Source: an uncultured archaeon
GTDB taxonomy: Archaea > Thermoplasmatota > E2 > DHVEG-1
NCBI GenBank assembly: GCA_902384685.1
Contig: CABMCU010000108.1
Coordinates: 2,344-66,343, forward strand
DNA: 64,000 nucleotides
Direction of reading: 5' to 3'
Under the pieces are notes generated by a model. It did no database searches. It was given only the letters and a program-made list of their open reading frames with translations, and had not been told where the DNA came from. The position numbers and the translations under genes were made by a program. Positions 10,819 through 21,339 of this stretch are shown piece by piece; position 1 is the first letter of the stretch; every line of letters begins with the position of its first letter.

Positions 10819-10980
10819 GATTTCTGAAAAAAGAGGTTCTCTAAAAAAGGATTATTCTTTTTCTATTTCAAACAACACAGTTAATTGTAACATTTTAAAT
10901 ATAAATACGAGTCACTTCTCAACAGGAAATATTTTTATATGGATAATGTATAAGTATAGTAGAGAAGTGGTGGTGATGGG

Positions 10981-11379
10981 ATGAAAGATGACCCGATAGC
11001 GCGGGTGCTTGATGATTTGCTTAAGTTTGATGATATTTTAGCGTGTATGGTTGCACGACGGAATATGATTAGTGTTATGCCGTCTGGTGAGGGATTCAAA
11101 CCAGAGGTGAATCAGATCTGGGATAATATTCATCGTGCCATGGATGATGTGTTTGGCGTGATTGGTGCATATTCTCAGATTGGTCTAGGTGAAATGGAGT
11201 TTCGGTTACAGGACTATGAGGTGTTATTTTACGTGTTTCCCGATACCGAGAATGCGTTAGTTGCGATTGTTCCCGCTCTGGCGAATAAGGGATTGCTTGA
11301 GGTGGCAATGGAGAATGCTAGGCGTGAGATTCTTAAGATTATGAACCCTGAAAAAACCGAGAAAGTAATAAATACATAA
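10981..11379 (+). CDS. Roadblock/LC7 domain protein
   Basis: ~130 aa. Pattern ...GV.GA.LV..DG..I.S.....E...LA....M...V..A.... typical of the Roadblock/LC7/MglB fold. Confidence 0.6.
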   Translation: MKDDPIARVLDDLLKFDDILACMVARRNMISVMPSGEGFKPEVNQIWDNIHRAMDDVFGVIGAYSQIGLGEMEFRLQDYEVLFYVFPDTENALVAIVPALANKGLLEVAMENARREILKIMNPEKTEKVINT

Positions 11380-11391
11380 GAGAGCAGCAAT

Positions 11392-12807
11392 ATGCAAGAT
11401 CTTGAACAACTCCCTGGACCAGTTAAGAAGCAAAACGATGTTACGTCACAGACGGCAGTAACAAAAAAGGATGCCCCCGAAACTTCTGGTTTAGAAGCAG
11501 CAGTTGGGATGAGCCTGAAATGGGATGCACGAGAAGCGGGAAGAGAAGTTGCAGAGACGGCGATACGAAAATTAAAACGGCCACCTAGTTTCTTTGTTCT
11601 ATTTTCAACGATTCACTACGAAAAATATGGGGGTTTTAAGGAATTATTAAATGGCGTGTCGGATGTTTAACCGAAAGATACACCATTAATAGGGGGAACT
11701 GTTAGAGGATTTACAAACAACTATGGTTGTTATACTCGAGGAACAACTGCTCTTGCTGTCTCTTATCCTGATATAGATGTAGCGGTTGGTTATGGAAAAA
11801 ACACAAAAAGAAATCCGATAAAAGCAGCAGAACAGTGTGGAGAAATGATTGAGGCTGGGCTGAAGAATAGTACATTTACAAATAAATTTTTACTAAACAT
11901 AATTTCGGCCTCGGAGCTACCTGATATGCCTCCATTCAATAAGAAAAAAATTATTAGATCAGGTTTTTCAATTAAGTTATTAATAAAACTCTTTGGTTTT
12001 TCGCAATATATGCTCCAAAAAGGAGCAGGACGAGATGATGAAGTAATAAAAGAATTGATAACAAAATTTCCGGATTATCACATGCTGGGTGGTGGAACAG
12101 TAGATGATGGCCCGAATTTGAGAAATTATCAATTTTTTAATAAGAATGTTATGACAAATTCTGTTGTATCTCTTGGAATAAAAACAAATTTCAACCTCGA
12201 TGTAAATACAACTCATAACATGAAAAAAACAGACATTAATTTTACCATCACAAAAAATAGCAAAGATGGAAGAATCATTCACGAAATAAATGGAAAACCA
12301 GCAGCAACTGAATTGTTACGTCTTCTGAGATGGCCAAAAGATATTTTGAATGATGATACTTGGTATAAAACGACATATTATTTCCCGATAGGATTCCATG
12401 ACAATACTTCCGAAAATGATTTTGGCCCAAGGGTTATTGGCGCAATTTACGGCGAATCACTTGTTACGGTGATCGGATCGAAAAATAGGGATGCATGTAT
12501 TTTAACTATCGACGGTAGAAATTTGTTAAAAGCAATTGACGATAACTTGAATACTTTCTCTTGTAAACCAAGTTTCGGATTGATCGCATCATGTACAACT
12601 CGGCTAGAGACTCTTGGAGATAAAGTGTATCAGGCAAGGGGACAGGTGTTAAAATATTTTAATGATTGTCCTTTCATTGAATTTTTTGTTGGTGGTGAAT
12701 CAACATATTCCCCAGAAAAAGGATTAAAATTTGTTAACATTTCCTTTAATACAGCGATTTTTTGGGATAAAAATAATCAAAAATCTTATCATAACGAGTT
12801 TGTTTAA
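11392..12807 (+). pseudogene. FIST-domain protein interrupted by a single in-frame TAA (11668..11670)
   Basis: ORFs 11392..11670 and 11845..12807 share one frame. The 174 nt between them is open in that frame (PKDTPLIGGTVRGFTNNYGCYTRGTTALAVSYPDIDVAVGYGKN...). FIST-N/FIST-C-like sequence features. Confidence 0.5.
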
Positions 12808-12831
12808 AATTGTAGTCAATCCTATAACTTC

Positions 12832-13935
12832 TTAGTGTTTATATGCCATAATTTGAGCAGCTGCATTGATAAGTTTTGTATTATCTGAATATACTAGTTT
12901 TGCGATGTCGGTTAATTTATTGATATATTTACCAAGATAATGATCTCTAACTCGTTTCGTATAATTTTCAAATGAAAAATCGTCAGTCTTAAAAGCATCT
13001 AAAATCGTCGTTGCTGCTACTGCACCGTAAGTCAAAGATAGATGGATGCCTCCACCTAAAAATGGTTCGATACCAGCAGCATCCCCTACTAAAAGAATGT
13101 TAGATTTCGAGAGAATTCCTGAGTCTCGGAAATATGGGATTGGATGGCTTCTCCAGGATTTAGGGCTGTACGGAATATTACGAGATAGTAGTTCTTGACA
13201 AAAAAGTTCTTTCAGATTTGCTCGCTTGATATTTGGAAGAATTCTAGAATCACATATACCATGGTTCATAAATGTTTTTCCGTCTTTGAGACAAGGGAAA
13301 TGCCATACATATCCTTGTAAACCTTTATTTATCGCAGTAAAATCTAACACCGCAGAATGATTATCGAATTCCAGATCGAATCGGGGATTGACTGGGGCAA
13401 ATATTTCAATTGTTGGGGCTAGGTTGGGTTTTTTAAGAAGATTCATTTTCCGACGAACTGTACTAAGTGCACCGTCTGCTCCCACTAGGATTTTAGTATA
13501 GTATTGAGTCTTGTTTGTTTTGACCAACAATCCTTTGGAGGTATGAGTTACATCGAGAAATTTTTCATTTTCTTTTATAAGTAATCCTCGTTGCATTGCA
13601 GTATTTGCAAGATAATGATCAAATTCAATTCGTCGTATAACTCTAAAAAAATCTTTTTCTTTGTAAGTATAAACATCTTCACCTAAACGGATTTCCATAT
13701 TATTTATTGATACAAAAGGTATATTCAAATCGATGTGTAAATTATCAAATATTTTTTGTGTCATCCATTTCTGAAGTCCACCGCCACAGAGCTTATCTCT
13801 AGGATATTTTTCTTTCTCGACAAGAATAGTTTTTGAGGCCAACTCTGGAGCATATTTATGAAGATTTAACCACGTGGAAACACCTGCAGGGCCACCTCCA
13901 ACAATCATAATATCGTAATCATTTCGAGGTATCAT
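12832..13935 (-). CDS. Geranylgeranyl reductase family FAD-dependent oxidoreductase
   Basis: DIMIVGGGPAGVS dinucleotide-binding motif followed by the GGR-family hallmark RDKLCGGGL. ~367 aa. Overlaps the upstream gene by 4 nt (ATGA). Confidence 0.75.
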   Translation of the reverse strand: MIPRNDYDIMIVGGGPAGVSTWLNLHKYAPELASKTILVEKEKYPRDKLCGGGLQKWMTQKIFDNLHIDLNIPFVSINNMEIRLGEDVYTYKEKDFFRVIRRIEFDHYLANTAMQRGLLIKENEKFLDVTHTSKGLLVKTNKTQYYTKILVGADGALSTVRRKMNLLKKPNLAPTIEIFAPVNPRFDLEFDNHSAVLDFTAINKGLQGYVWHFPCLKDGKTFMNHGICDSRILPNIKRANLKELFCQELLSRNIPYSPKSWRSHPIPYFRDSGILSKSNILLVGDAAGIEPFLGGGIHLSLTYGAVAATTILDAFKTDDFSFENYTKRVRDHYLGKYINKLTDIAKLVYSDNTKLINAAAQIMAYKH

Positions 13936-14900
13936 GCCTTCTTAACCTTCTGAATTGGTTCCCCAAAATTCGTTAACTCATTTAATGTAAACCTGTATTT
14001 TTCTCCCCATTGCTCTGTTTTCTTTAAATGACTCAGATCAATAGATCCTACATGGTTTTTCCGTTCGTTCTCTATCGCCTGCATAATTACTTCAACGATG
14101 CAGGCAAAAAGTTTACCCGGTGGCATTCCAGGAATCGGGAGATGATGTTCCTTAGGGAAATCGACGTATCCACCGTCAATTCTACAGATATCAGGTCGCT
14201 TATGACACAGATCATACGACATATTTGGCGGTTGAGAGACATCAACTACTATTGCGTTCTTCTTCAAATTTTTAGATGCAAGTAATCCAGTAGGATGACT
14301 TGTAGCAGTAACAATGATATCTGCTTCCTGTGTTTTGAGATCAACCGTAGTCTCATAATCGCCCTTCAGGTAATGTTCAAGTTCAGATAACTTTTCAGCT
14401 CTTCTCCCGATAAGCACTGTGTGGTCGAATTGTGAAACTAGAATTTTTGATAACGCCTCGCCAATTACTCCGTAGGCTCCGACAATAGCAAGAGTTTGTT
14501 CTACTGTTTTCTTATGAGATAGATTTGCTGCTTTCAGAACAGCTTTACAGGTGACCGCTGCCGTGTAACTATCCCCGTGATTAGTAAATCCAGTGTACTC
14601 CTTCTGTTCAACAACCCATTTTCCTCCCTCAGATACAGAGGTAGTAAGGCCTCCGAGTTGAATCAGGTCGACATTGAATTTTTTTTGTAAAAAACATGCA
14701 GCATCAAGAATTTTTTGTCGGACTTTTTCTCGTGGAAGTGTCATCATCTCTTCTGCGGTCAATAAAAGTCCGGTGATATGACCTAGTGTTCCATTGATGT
14801 TCATCTCAGGAGAGATAACCAGATTATTCTGAATCCATGGTTTTGGAAATTCTTTGAGGTTTTCTTTATTAAGAAGATGACCAATGGTTGCAAATTTCAT
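13932..14900 (-). CDS. NAD(P)-dependent reductase resembling cyanobacterial acyl-ACP reductase (AAR family)
   Basis: N-terminus MKFATIGHLLN (AAR: MFGLIGHLTSL), LGGLTTSV (AAR: LGGFTSI), Rossmann motif AIVGAYGVIGEAL (AAR: AVVGATGDIGSAV), IDGGY and LFACIVEVIM (AAR: MFACFAEAML). ~322 aa. Confidence 0.45.
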   Translation of the reverse strand: MKFATIGHLLNKENLKEFPKPWIQNNLVISPEMNINGTLGHITGLLLTAEEMMTLPREKVRQKILDAACFLQKKFNVDLIQLGGLTTSVSEGGKWVVEQKEYTGFTNHGDSYTAAVTCKAVLKAANLSHKKTVEQTLAIVGAYGVIGEALSKILVSQFDHTVLIGRRAEKLSELEHYLKGDYETTVDLKTQEADIIVTATSHPTGLLASKNLKKNAIVVDVSQPPNMSYDLCHKRPDICRIDGGYVDFPKEHHLPIPGMPPGKLFACIVEVIMQAIENERKNHVGSIDLSHLKKTEQWGEKYRFTLNELTNFGEPIQKVKKA

Positions 14901-14980
14901 AACACCTTTCCCTTGTTATATTAAATCTTGTAATTTACTTATATTCCATTAAATTTTTCCTTTGCGAAAAATAGGATACA

Positions 14981-16228
14981 TTAGATGCTAATATTTGAAG
15001 GTTCGACGGTACGAATCGCCAGATATGCTTTTGCTTTCAGTTTCACCTCATCTGGGTTGTACACGATTTTTATATGGGTGATATATCGAGAAATCACCTT
15101 AAACTGTGAAATTCTTTCCGTATTTGGTTCTGTTCCTTTCTCTGAAAACATCACTGTTTTTTCACTCCCAGGGTAAACAAGGAGATCATCACGTTTCGAA
15201 GGGGCAGCAATTTCTTTTTCTACGAGGTAATTAAGGATTTTCTTCCAGTGATGTTCTTGGTGATAATGGTTTGGGAAAAATGAACATTCCACTGCTACAG
15301 TTCGTCCAACCTTTTTGCTAATATCGAAATCTAAGACAATTCGATTGACGTTAAGAGAAATAAGGTCATTAATTAGTGTTGAAAACGTTTCGGTTTTCTC
15401 AGACCAGCCAAGTTCATGAAGATAAGGAATGATTTGTTTAGGGTCACGAAATTGAATGGACATACGGATATCTGAGATTTTTCGGGATAGCATGACACCT
15501 ACGATAAATAATGAAGCATTCTTTGGCATTTTTTGAATGGATACGTTGAGATTTTGTTCTATTTCTTTTAATAAACGCTGTCCCATCAACGACGGTATTG
15601 CGAGTTTAGTAAACCAAGAAAAGTCAGAAGGATCTCCCATAGTGCTATCTTTTATTTTGGCTGGATTGAAAAAGACACTTGGTATAGATACTGATGGGGG
15701 ATTTTCTGGCATATCAAATTCTAACCATGCTCCCAGGATCTTGTCATGTAATACAGAATTTGGTTTTGTCCACAATTGCGTGAAGTTCAGTATACGATTC
15801 CATTCAGGTGTCTGTTTATATGATGCCGGCAGATGGCCATTACTGAGAAAATTCGCTAGGGCATATCGAGCATTATCTCTTCCAGAAATAGCAAGTGCCC
15901 AGTCTGCTTGTGATTCTTCCCCGTTCAAACGGACTTCAAAACCTAAAAAATCTGTTACACCACTTGGAAAATAAGTTGCTATTGTTTGGATTTTTTTGAA
16001 ATTATCAGGAGAAACAAGCATTTTTGATACGAATGGTTCTGCCATGGAAAAATAATCGTTCGGAGTTAATTTTCCTAGGGGAATACTTTTTTCCTCTGCA
16101 TGAGAGATCTGTTGATGAATTTGATTATGAAGTTGATATTCAGGAGAAATCAATTTATTTTCTAGTTCAATTTCTCGTGCCGCTCCGGCGATCTCGAATG
16201 ATGTTAAATGGCTAATGTACTTATTCAA
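14981..16228 (-). CDS. Hypothetical protein, paralogue A (unknown family) of the radical-SAM operon
   Basis: 415 aa. Shares conserved blocks with 16464..17708 (G.TDF.GFE.RLN...QAD.A...S, SVL..K.LG.W.EFD, IIPYL..LGW, SHIKI.Y.P). TTG start with GGAGGG 9 nt upstream. No recognisable catalytic motif. Confidence 0.5.
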   Translation of the reverse strand: MNKYISHLTSFEIAGAAREIELENKLISPEYQLHNQIHQQISHAEEKSIPLGKLTPNDYFSMAEPFVSKMLVSPDNFKKIQTIATYFPSGVTDFLGFEVRLNGEESQADWALAISGRDNARYALANFLSNGHLPASYKQTPEWNRILNFTQLWTKPNSVLHDKILGAWLEFDMPENPPSVSIPSVFFNPAKIKDSTMGDPSDFSWFTKLAIPSLMGQRLLKEIEQNLNVSIQKMPKNASLFIVGVMLSRKISDIRMSIQFRDPKQIIPYLHELGWSEKTETFSTLINDLISLNVNRIVLDFDISKKVGRTVAVECSFFPNHYHQEHHWKKILNYLVEKEIAAPSKRDDLLVYPGSEKTVMFSEKGTEPNTERISQFKVISRYITHIKIVYNPDEVKLKAKAYLAIRTVEPSNISI

Positions 16229-16463
16229 GGGTGTCAGCCCTCCTGTTTGATTTTATAGTAATTGTTCTATAAGGGTGTTTTTCGCATCTGCGTACGCACA
16301 TGGGTATCTCAATGCGATACTTCTGATCAACTTGGATTGGTTGTTTCATCCTCATATTTAGATGATCATCCTACAAAGCTGTGATTGAATCAACAATTAA
16401 GCGGAGAGGTGAAGTAGTCAAACACCGTCATCAGAAGAGTCGTAAGCATTCCATCTGACCTGT

Positions 16464-17708
16464 TTACTGATAGGATGTTTCTGTGTTGGTTTTGGTTTGT
16501 CCAAAGAGTCGTACTCCAGGGTAGACTTTTGCTTCAATAGCATGATTTGGTTTGTAGCAGATTTTAATGTGGCTGATGTATCGGACAAGTGCAGCTGAGA
16601 AATCTTGCTGTTGAATCCGTACTGCTGTCTGATAGGAGGTCAGGTCAAATTCTTGGGTAGCGTCGTCTTGTTCAACACCAAGGAAATCAAGGAGCAGTAT
16701 TTTTTTCTCTGGGATACAAGTGTTTTTCTCAATGAGATAATCGAAGAATGCTTCCCAGCGTGTCTCAAGGTTGTATTGGTCTGGGTGATACGCGCATTCC
16801 AGCCCGATTTTCTGGTCAATACCGTCTTCGGTGATGTTGATGTGAAGGACAATTCGAGAGGCAACACATTCAATTTCTTTTATAAGCGTTGTGAATTCGT
16901 TTTTATTATCTGTCCAACCGAGTGATTTAAGATAGGGAATGATATCTTCTGGGTTTATTTTGGAAATAATTAGGCGTAAGCCATTAGTTGCCCGGGAGAG
17001 CATGGAAGCTACGTGGAGAACTGATGCGCCTTTTGGTAGTTGCTGAAGCGCGTGGAGGAATCGTTTTTCCATTTTTTCAGAGAGCGGCTGTCCGTTGAGT
17101 AAGGGTAATGCAATGTGCGTAAGCCAGGAGCATTTTTGAATATCCTCTAGGGTATCTATACGAAGGGATGGTACTTGGATGAAGATATTGGGAACCGGTG
17201 TTTCGGATGGAATGGTGGTGTCAAACTCAAACCAGAGGCCGAGTACCTTGTTGTATAAAACGGAAGAAGGATCAGCCCATGCGGCTGCTAACTTCCCGAC
17301 ATTCTGCCATTGATTCATGGAGCGAAATTCTTTTGGAAGTGATTCGTTTGTAAAAACCTGGGCCAACGCCTCTCGTTCTCCCCTCTTGGATGATACCGCG
17401 AACAGGTAATCTGCTTGTGCATCAGAGGAGTTCAGACGAGATTCAAATCCAAAGAAACTGGTGATGCCTCCAGTCAAGTGAGATGCAAGTTTCTTCATTT
17501 CTGTAAAGTTCTGAGCAGAGATCAAATCATCTGGGATATTAGATTCAACTGAGGATAAATACTGAACAGCAGTTAAATTTTTCAGAGAAGTTTTTCGAAG
17601 ATGTATTGTTTCAGAAATGAATGCCTTTCTACTTTGAAAGTCGCTTATTTCTCCAAATGGGAATGATTCGAAGTTAGTTTCAAACCCATATTTATATATT
17701 TCATTCAT
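16464..17708 (-). CDS. Hypothetical protein, paralogue B (unknown family) of the radical-SAM operon
   Basis: Paralogue of 14981..16228. Start set at ATG 17708 (MNEIYKYGFE...). Confidence 0.5.
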   Translation of the reverse strand: MNEIYKYGFETNFESFPFGEISDFQSRKAFISETIHLRKTSLKNLTAVQYLSSVESNIPDDLISAQNFTEMKKLASHLTGGITSFFGFESRLNSSDAQADYLFAVSSKRGEREALAQVFTNESLPKEFRSMNQWQNVGKLAAAWADPSSVLYNKVLGLWFEFDTTIPSETPVPNIFIQVPSLRIDTLEDIQKCSWLTHIALPLLNGQPLSEKMEKRFLHALQQLPKGASVLHVASMLSRATNGLRLIISKINPEDIIPYLKSLGWTDNKNEFTTLIKEIECVASRIVLHINITEDGIDQKIGLECAYHPDQYNLETRWEAFFDYLIEKNTCIPEKKILLLDFLGVEQDDATQEFDLTSYQTAVRIQQQDFSAALVRYISHIKICYKPNHAIEAKVYPGVRLFGQTKTNTETSYQ

Positions 17709-17980
17709 TCTTTTCGTTCCCCAATTCAAACAATACACCTGGAAAACATAAAGCCCTCTTCCGAGAAAATCCTACAAAATGCGAAAAATCCGACTTTTTA
17801 TTTACGTTTGCCGGAAATGGGGGAAAAATTGTGTTCATCCCATATGTGATAATGAACGTAATGAAAGATATCTCTAATTTGGAATTACCTGAATATTTTT
17901 TGTCTAATATACCAGTCTCTCGTGGTGACGCTAATCAGAAGATACAATTGTATCTAAACATTAGAAAAAGTCCTCCCTAT

Positions 17981-19894
17981 TCATAAAGGAACATTCACCT
18001 GACATTCCCTCTGTAATACAGGATGTTCACTAACTGAAAATCGCAATGGTAAACATAGGTAATACTCATTATCCACAAATACCAGTCCGTTTTGTTCAAA
18101 GCTTTGTAAGATTGCAATTAATTCAAACTCAGGTATATTCGTAAACCTCTGTTGCAACTGCTGTAACGACACCGCATCCACACATGCAAGAAACACTGTA
18201 CGTTCCAGTTCATTTAACACAAAAATCCGGATGTTCTGCCGATCCCGCTTGTCATAAATCTTAATGAAACTCCCTCCGTCAACAAAATAAAAAATTAACC
18301 TGTCGACGGTGGTTTGCCGTGTAATACCCTCAAGCTCGAATATCTCCCGTTCTTTTTTCCATTCTTCTACTAACGACTCCCATGGATTTTCTATTGATAG
18401 GATTTTTCGTTTGAAATCATACATAAAAGAAAATCCTTTCTCTAAAACCTCTAAGGGGTACATGATTAGATCGATTGGTGTATGCTCCAATCGTTCAATG
18501 TTAAATTGTTCTGGGTGGCTTTGAATCAAGCTCCCATGCATTACTCTGAGTTCGCAGAGTGTAGGAGCATCTAGGTACCCTTTCAACAGGTGAATAATTT
18601 TTTTCGTTTCATCAAAGTCCATTTGCTCTTCATTTGGATATCTCACCATGAGATTATAGTTATTTTTTATCCCGTTTTCTTTACAAAATTTCAGAACTGC
18701 GATATTATCAATTACTCGTACACCCTTGTTCATCTTCCGGAGATAATTCTGGCTGAACGACTCAATTCCTGTTTGAATTGTGATAAACCCAGCCTCTTTC
18801 ATCATCGTATAATCCTTACTAGTTAATTGTCCTGCACGAGCCTCTACAAAAAACGAAAAATCCCTCCCGAGATTTTTTAATTTTTCAAATAAAGTTCGGT
18901 ACTCTGTCTTCGGAAGCGTGTTTCCAATGAGTTGGAAATCCATGATATGGTACCGTTCGGATAGAGACTGGATTTCCTGAATAATCCGATCTACACTTTT
19001 TTCCTGGTAGCATTGATGCTGAATATTGAGATTGCAGAATGTACACTGATTCCACCAGCACCCCCGAGAAATCTCCACCGGAAGTCGCCCGTAATACTGA
19101 TAATACTTCTGAACATCTTCAGATGTTAAAGCAAGTTCCTTATAGAACTGATCGTAAGAAGGAATAGGTACGGTATTGAGATCAACAACCACATCCGACC
19201 TATTCCAGAATATCTCGTCTCTCATCCTGTACATTAATCGAGGAATTGATCGAAAATTCTCATGGTCCGATGCAAGAAGAAACAATGCATGCTCTCCATC
19301 ACCGGAGACGATAAAATCGACATATTCAAATGCTCGCAACACGTTTATTCCAAGCACATCAGCGGTTCTGCTGCCACCAAAAACAATTTTTTTCTCCGGG
19401 GAAAGTTCCTTGATTTTTTTCGCAATAGCTAACGACGGAAGTAACTGTCCGTAATTTAATGTAAATCCGATGATATCATATGATTGCCAGTTGATATGAT
19501 CAAGTATCCACTGGTATAACAGATCAGTACGGTGTACATATTCATCAAATAAAAACTGTGGTAACTTAGAAGTGTGCACGAAATGATTGTTAAAGAACTC
19601 TCGGAACCTGTCCTTGTTATTCCTCCAGTGTTCAGGAAATACATACTTAGAAAATACCATTTGAGCTGTGTATGAATCATTTGGAGGGTAAATCAAAGTA
19701 TGATACTTCTGTAGACCATACAACTCTACTGCTTTAAGATAGAGATGGCGAGATTCTATCGTTATTCCTCTTTCGCGACAATACCCCTCTAACACTGGAA
19801 GCTGAATCGAAGGTATTGTAATACCAGCAAACGGCATAGCTACAAGTAGTACACTTTTTTTCTCGTCGTGCATTGCCCAATCCAAAGCTATCAA
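17981..19894 (-). CDS. B12-binding domain radical SAM enzyme with C-terminal PqqD/RRE-like domain
   Basis: N-terminal cobalamin-binding-like Rossmann region (KKSVLLVAMPF...IVFGGS...DFIVSGDGE). Cys cluster EISRGCWWNQCTFCN (Cx4Cx2C variant). C-terminal ~110 aa (TVDRLIFYFVDGGSFIKIYD...LNELERTVFLACVDAVSLQQLQQRF...LIAILQSFEQNGLV) resembles PqqD/RiPP recognition elements. Confidence 0.65.
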   Translation of the reverse strand: MIALDWAMHDEKKSVLLVAMPFAGITIPSIQLPVLEGYCRERGITIESRHLYLKAVELYGLQKYHTLIYPPNDSYTAQMVFSKYVFPEHWRNNKDRFREFFNNHFVHTSKLPQFLFDEYVHRTDLLYQWILDHINWQSYDIIGFTLNYGQLLPSLAIAKKIKELSPEKKIVFGGSRTADVLGINVLRAFEYVDFIVSGDGEHALFLLASDHENFRSIPRLMYRMRDEIFWNRSDVVVDLNTVPIPSYDQFYKELALTSEDVQKYYQYYGRLPVEISRGCWWNQCTFCNLNIQHQCYQEKSVDRIIQEIQSLSERYHIMDFQLIGNTLPKTEYRTLFEKLKNLGRDFSFFVEARAGQLTSKDYTMMKEAGFITIQTGIESFSQNYLRKMNKGVRVIDNIAVLKFCKENGIKNNYNLMVRYPNEEQMDFDETKKIIHLLKGYLDAPTLCELRVMHGSLIQSHPEQFNIERLEHTPIDLIMYPLEVLEKGFSFMYDFKRKILSIENPWESLVEEWKKEREIFELEGITRQTTVDRLIFYFVDGGSFIKIYDKRDRQNIRIFVLNELERTVFLACVDAVSLQQLQQRFTNIPEFELIAILQSFEQNGLVFVDNEYYLCLPLRFSVSEHPVLQRECQVNVPL

Positions 19895-19989
19895 TCAAAT
19901 ATGGATTTTTATAATTAACTCAGGGCGATTTTTTTTCATTAATAAAAACACTAAAATACTTTAAAGTTATCTTTCCACTTAAAGAAAAC

Positions 19990-20961
19990 ATGGTAACGAT
20001 TGATTTGAAGGATAGAAAAATTCTCTACGAACTCGATTTAGATAGTCGACAATCGAACACTCAAATAGGTAAAAAAGTTGGCCTGAAAAAAGATGTTATC
20101 TCATATAGAATAAAACGAATGCAAGATGAGGGCGTTATAATAAATTTTTGGACAGCTATCAATACATTTAAACTTGGATATCACGTCTATAGAATTTATA
20201 TTAATTTTCAATATGTTAGCTCACAAATTAAAGAAAAGATTATTCAACATTTTATTGACTATAGAAATGTATGGGCTGTTATCTCTCTAAAAGCAGAAAT
20301 TGATTTTGATATTGTCGTGTGGGTTAAAGATATTTACGAATTTTATCAATTCTGGAATACGACACTTGATGAATTTGAGGATTATTTCGCGAAGTACACC
20401 CTTTCTGTATATGTTGAAGCGTTCAACTATAAAAAATCGTATTTACTTCCAGATAAATCCAACCATGGAGAACGTCTATTGTATGGAACGGCTTGTACTG
20501 GAAAACCAGTAGAAATCGATGAAATTGATTATAAACTATTAGATGAAATTGCCATTAACGCTCGAATGCCGCTAATAGACCTTACTGAAAAACTCGGATG
20601 CTCATCGCAAACCGTGAATTACCGGTTAAAGAACTTGATAAAAAACAACGTGGTTAATGCGTTTCGAGTGAATGTCGATTTATCAAAAATAGGGCTTCAA
20701 CATTATAAATTAGAGATCTATTTAAAGGATCACAAGCAGAAAAACGCTATATGGAATTATTTGAAAGAACAACCGTATTGCGATACACTGAATGTCGCTA
20801 TCGGATGGAGCGATTTAGAATTTGAAATAATTGTAGAAAACGTACAAAAATTAGGGCAGATTATGGAAGAAATCGATGCGAAATTTCCTAATACTATTAA
20901 AAAACAAAGTTTTTGGATTTTTGATAAAGTTCATAAAGAACGATGGCTACCTAAATTTTAA
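19990..20961 (+). CDS. Tandem Lrp/AsnC-type transcriptional regulator (two HTH + two RAM-like halves)
   Basis: Two HTH_AsnC-like segments (DLKDRKILYELDLDSRQSNTQIGKKVGLKKDVISYRIKRMQDEGVI and DEIDYKLLDEIAINARMPLIDLTEKLGCSSQTVNYRLKNL). Divergent to the radical-SAM operon. Confidence 0.55.
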   Translation: MVTIDLKDRKILYELDLDSRQSNTQIGKKVGLKKDVISYRIKRMQDEGVIINFWTAINTFKLGYHVYRIYINFQYVSSQIKEKIIQHFIDYRNVWAVISLKAEIDFDIVVWVKDIYEFYQFWNTTLDEFEDYFAKYTLSVYVEAFNYKKSYLLPDKSNHGERLLYGTACTGKPVEIDEIDYKLLDEIAINARMPLIDLTEKLGCSSQTVNYRLKNLIKNNVVNAFRVNVDLSKIGLQHYKLEIYLKDHKQKNAIWNYLKEQPYCDTLNVAIGWSDLEFEIIVENVQKLGQIMEEIDAKFPNTIKKQSFWIFDKVHKERWLPKF

Positions 20962-21288
20962 CTTAATGCTTCCTTTGACTGTATAATTGACTATTTTATA
21001 AAAAAATACATAGATTGTATATCTAAAAAACTACATGATATAAATAAAAAATAATTGTAGCACCAGATCTTATCTTTCGTTAACACCAGGTCATATTTTT
21101 TTATTAATTCACTTTTTTTTTTATAAGGGGCAAATACGTGGGCAAATACTTGATGCTACTGCGCCAGCTATTACTCCAATCACAATTATTTCCATATTTT
21201 CTCTCACCATCCTTTATTGATATTCATTATCATGATATACTTTATCATTAATAGTATATAAACCTTTCATGACAAAATATCAAAATGA

Positions 21289-21315
21289 AAAAAAAATCTC
21301 AGGAGAATTTCTCCT
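21289..21315 (-). terminator. Hairpin plus T-tract terminator-like element just downstream of fumarase beta subunit
   Basis: Minus strand reads AGGAGAAATTCTCCT followed by T9 immediately 3' of the 21340 stop. Confidence 0.35.
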
Positions 21316-21339
21316 AAAAATACAAAAATATCAGCTGAT

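Noticed and set aside
21121-21195. 24-aa hydrophobic minus-strand micro-ORF (MEIIVIGVIAGAVASSICPRICPL) between the tandem-Lrp gene and fumarase
   Set aside because: It is very short, has no RBS and its frame is not obviously conserved. It cannot be supported from sequence alone.
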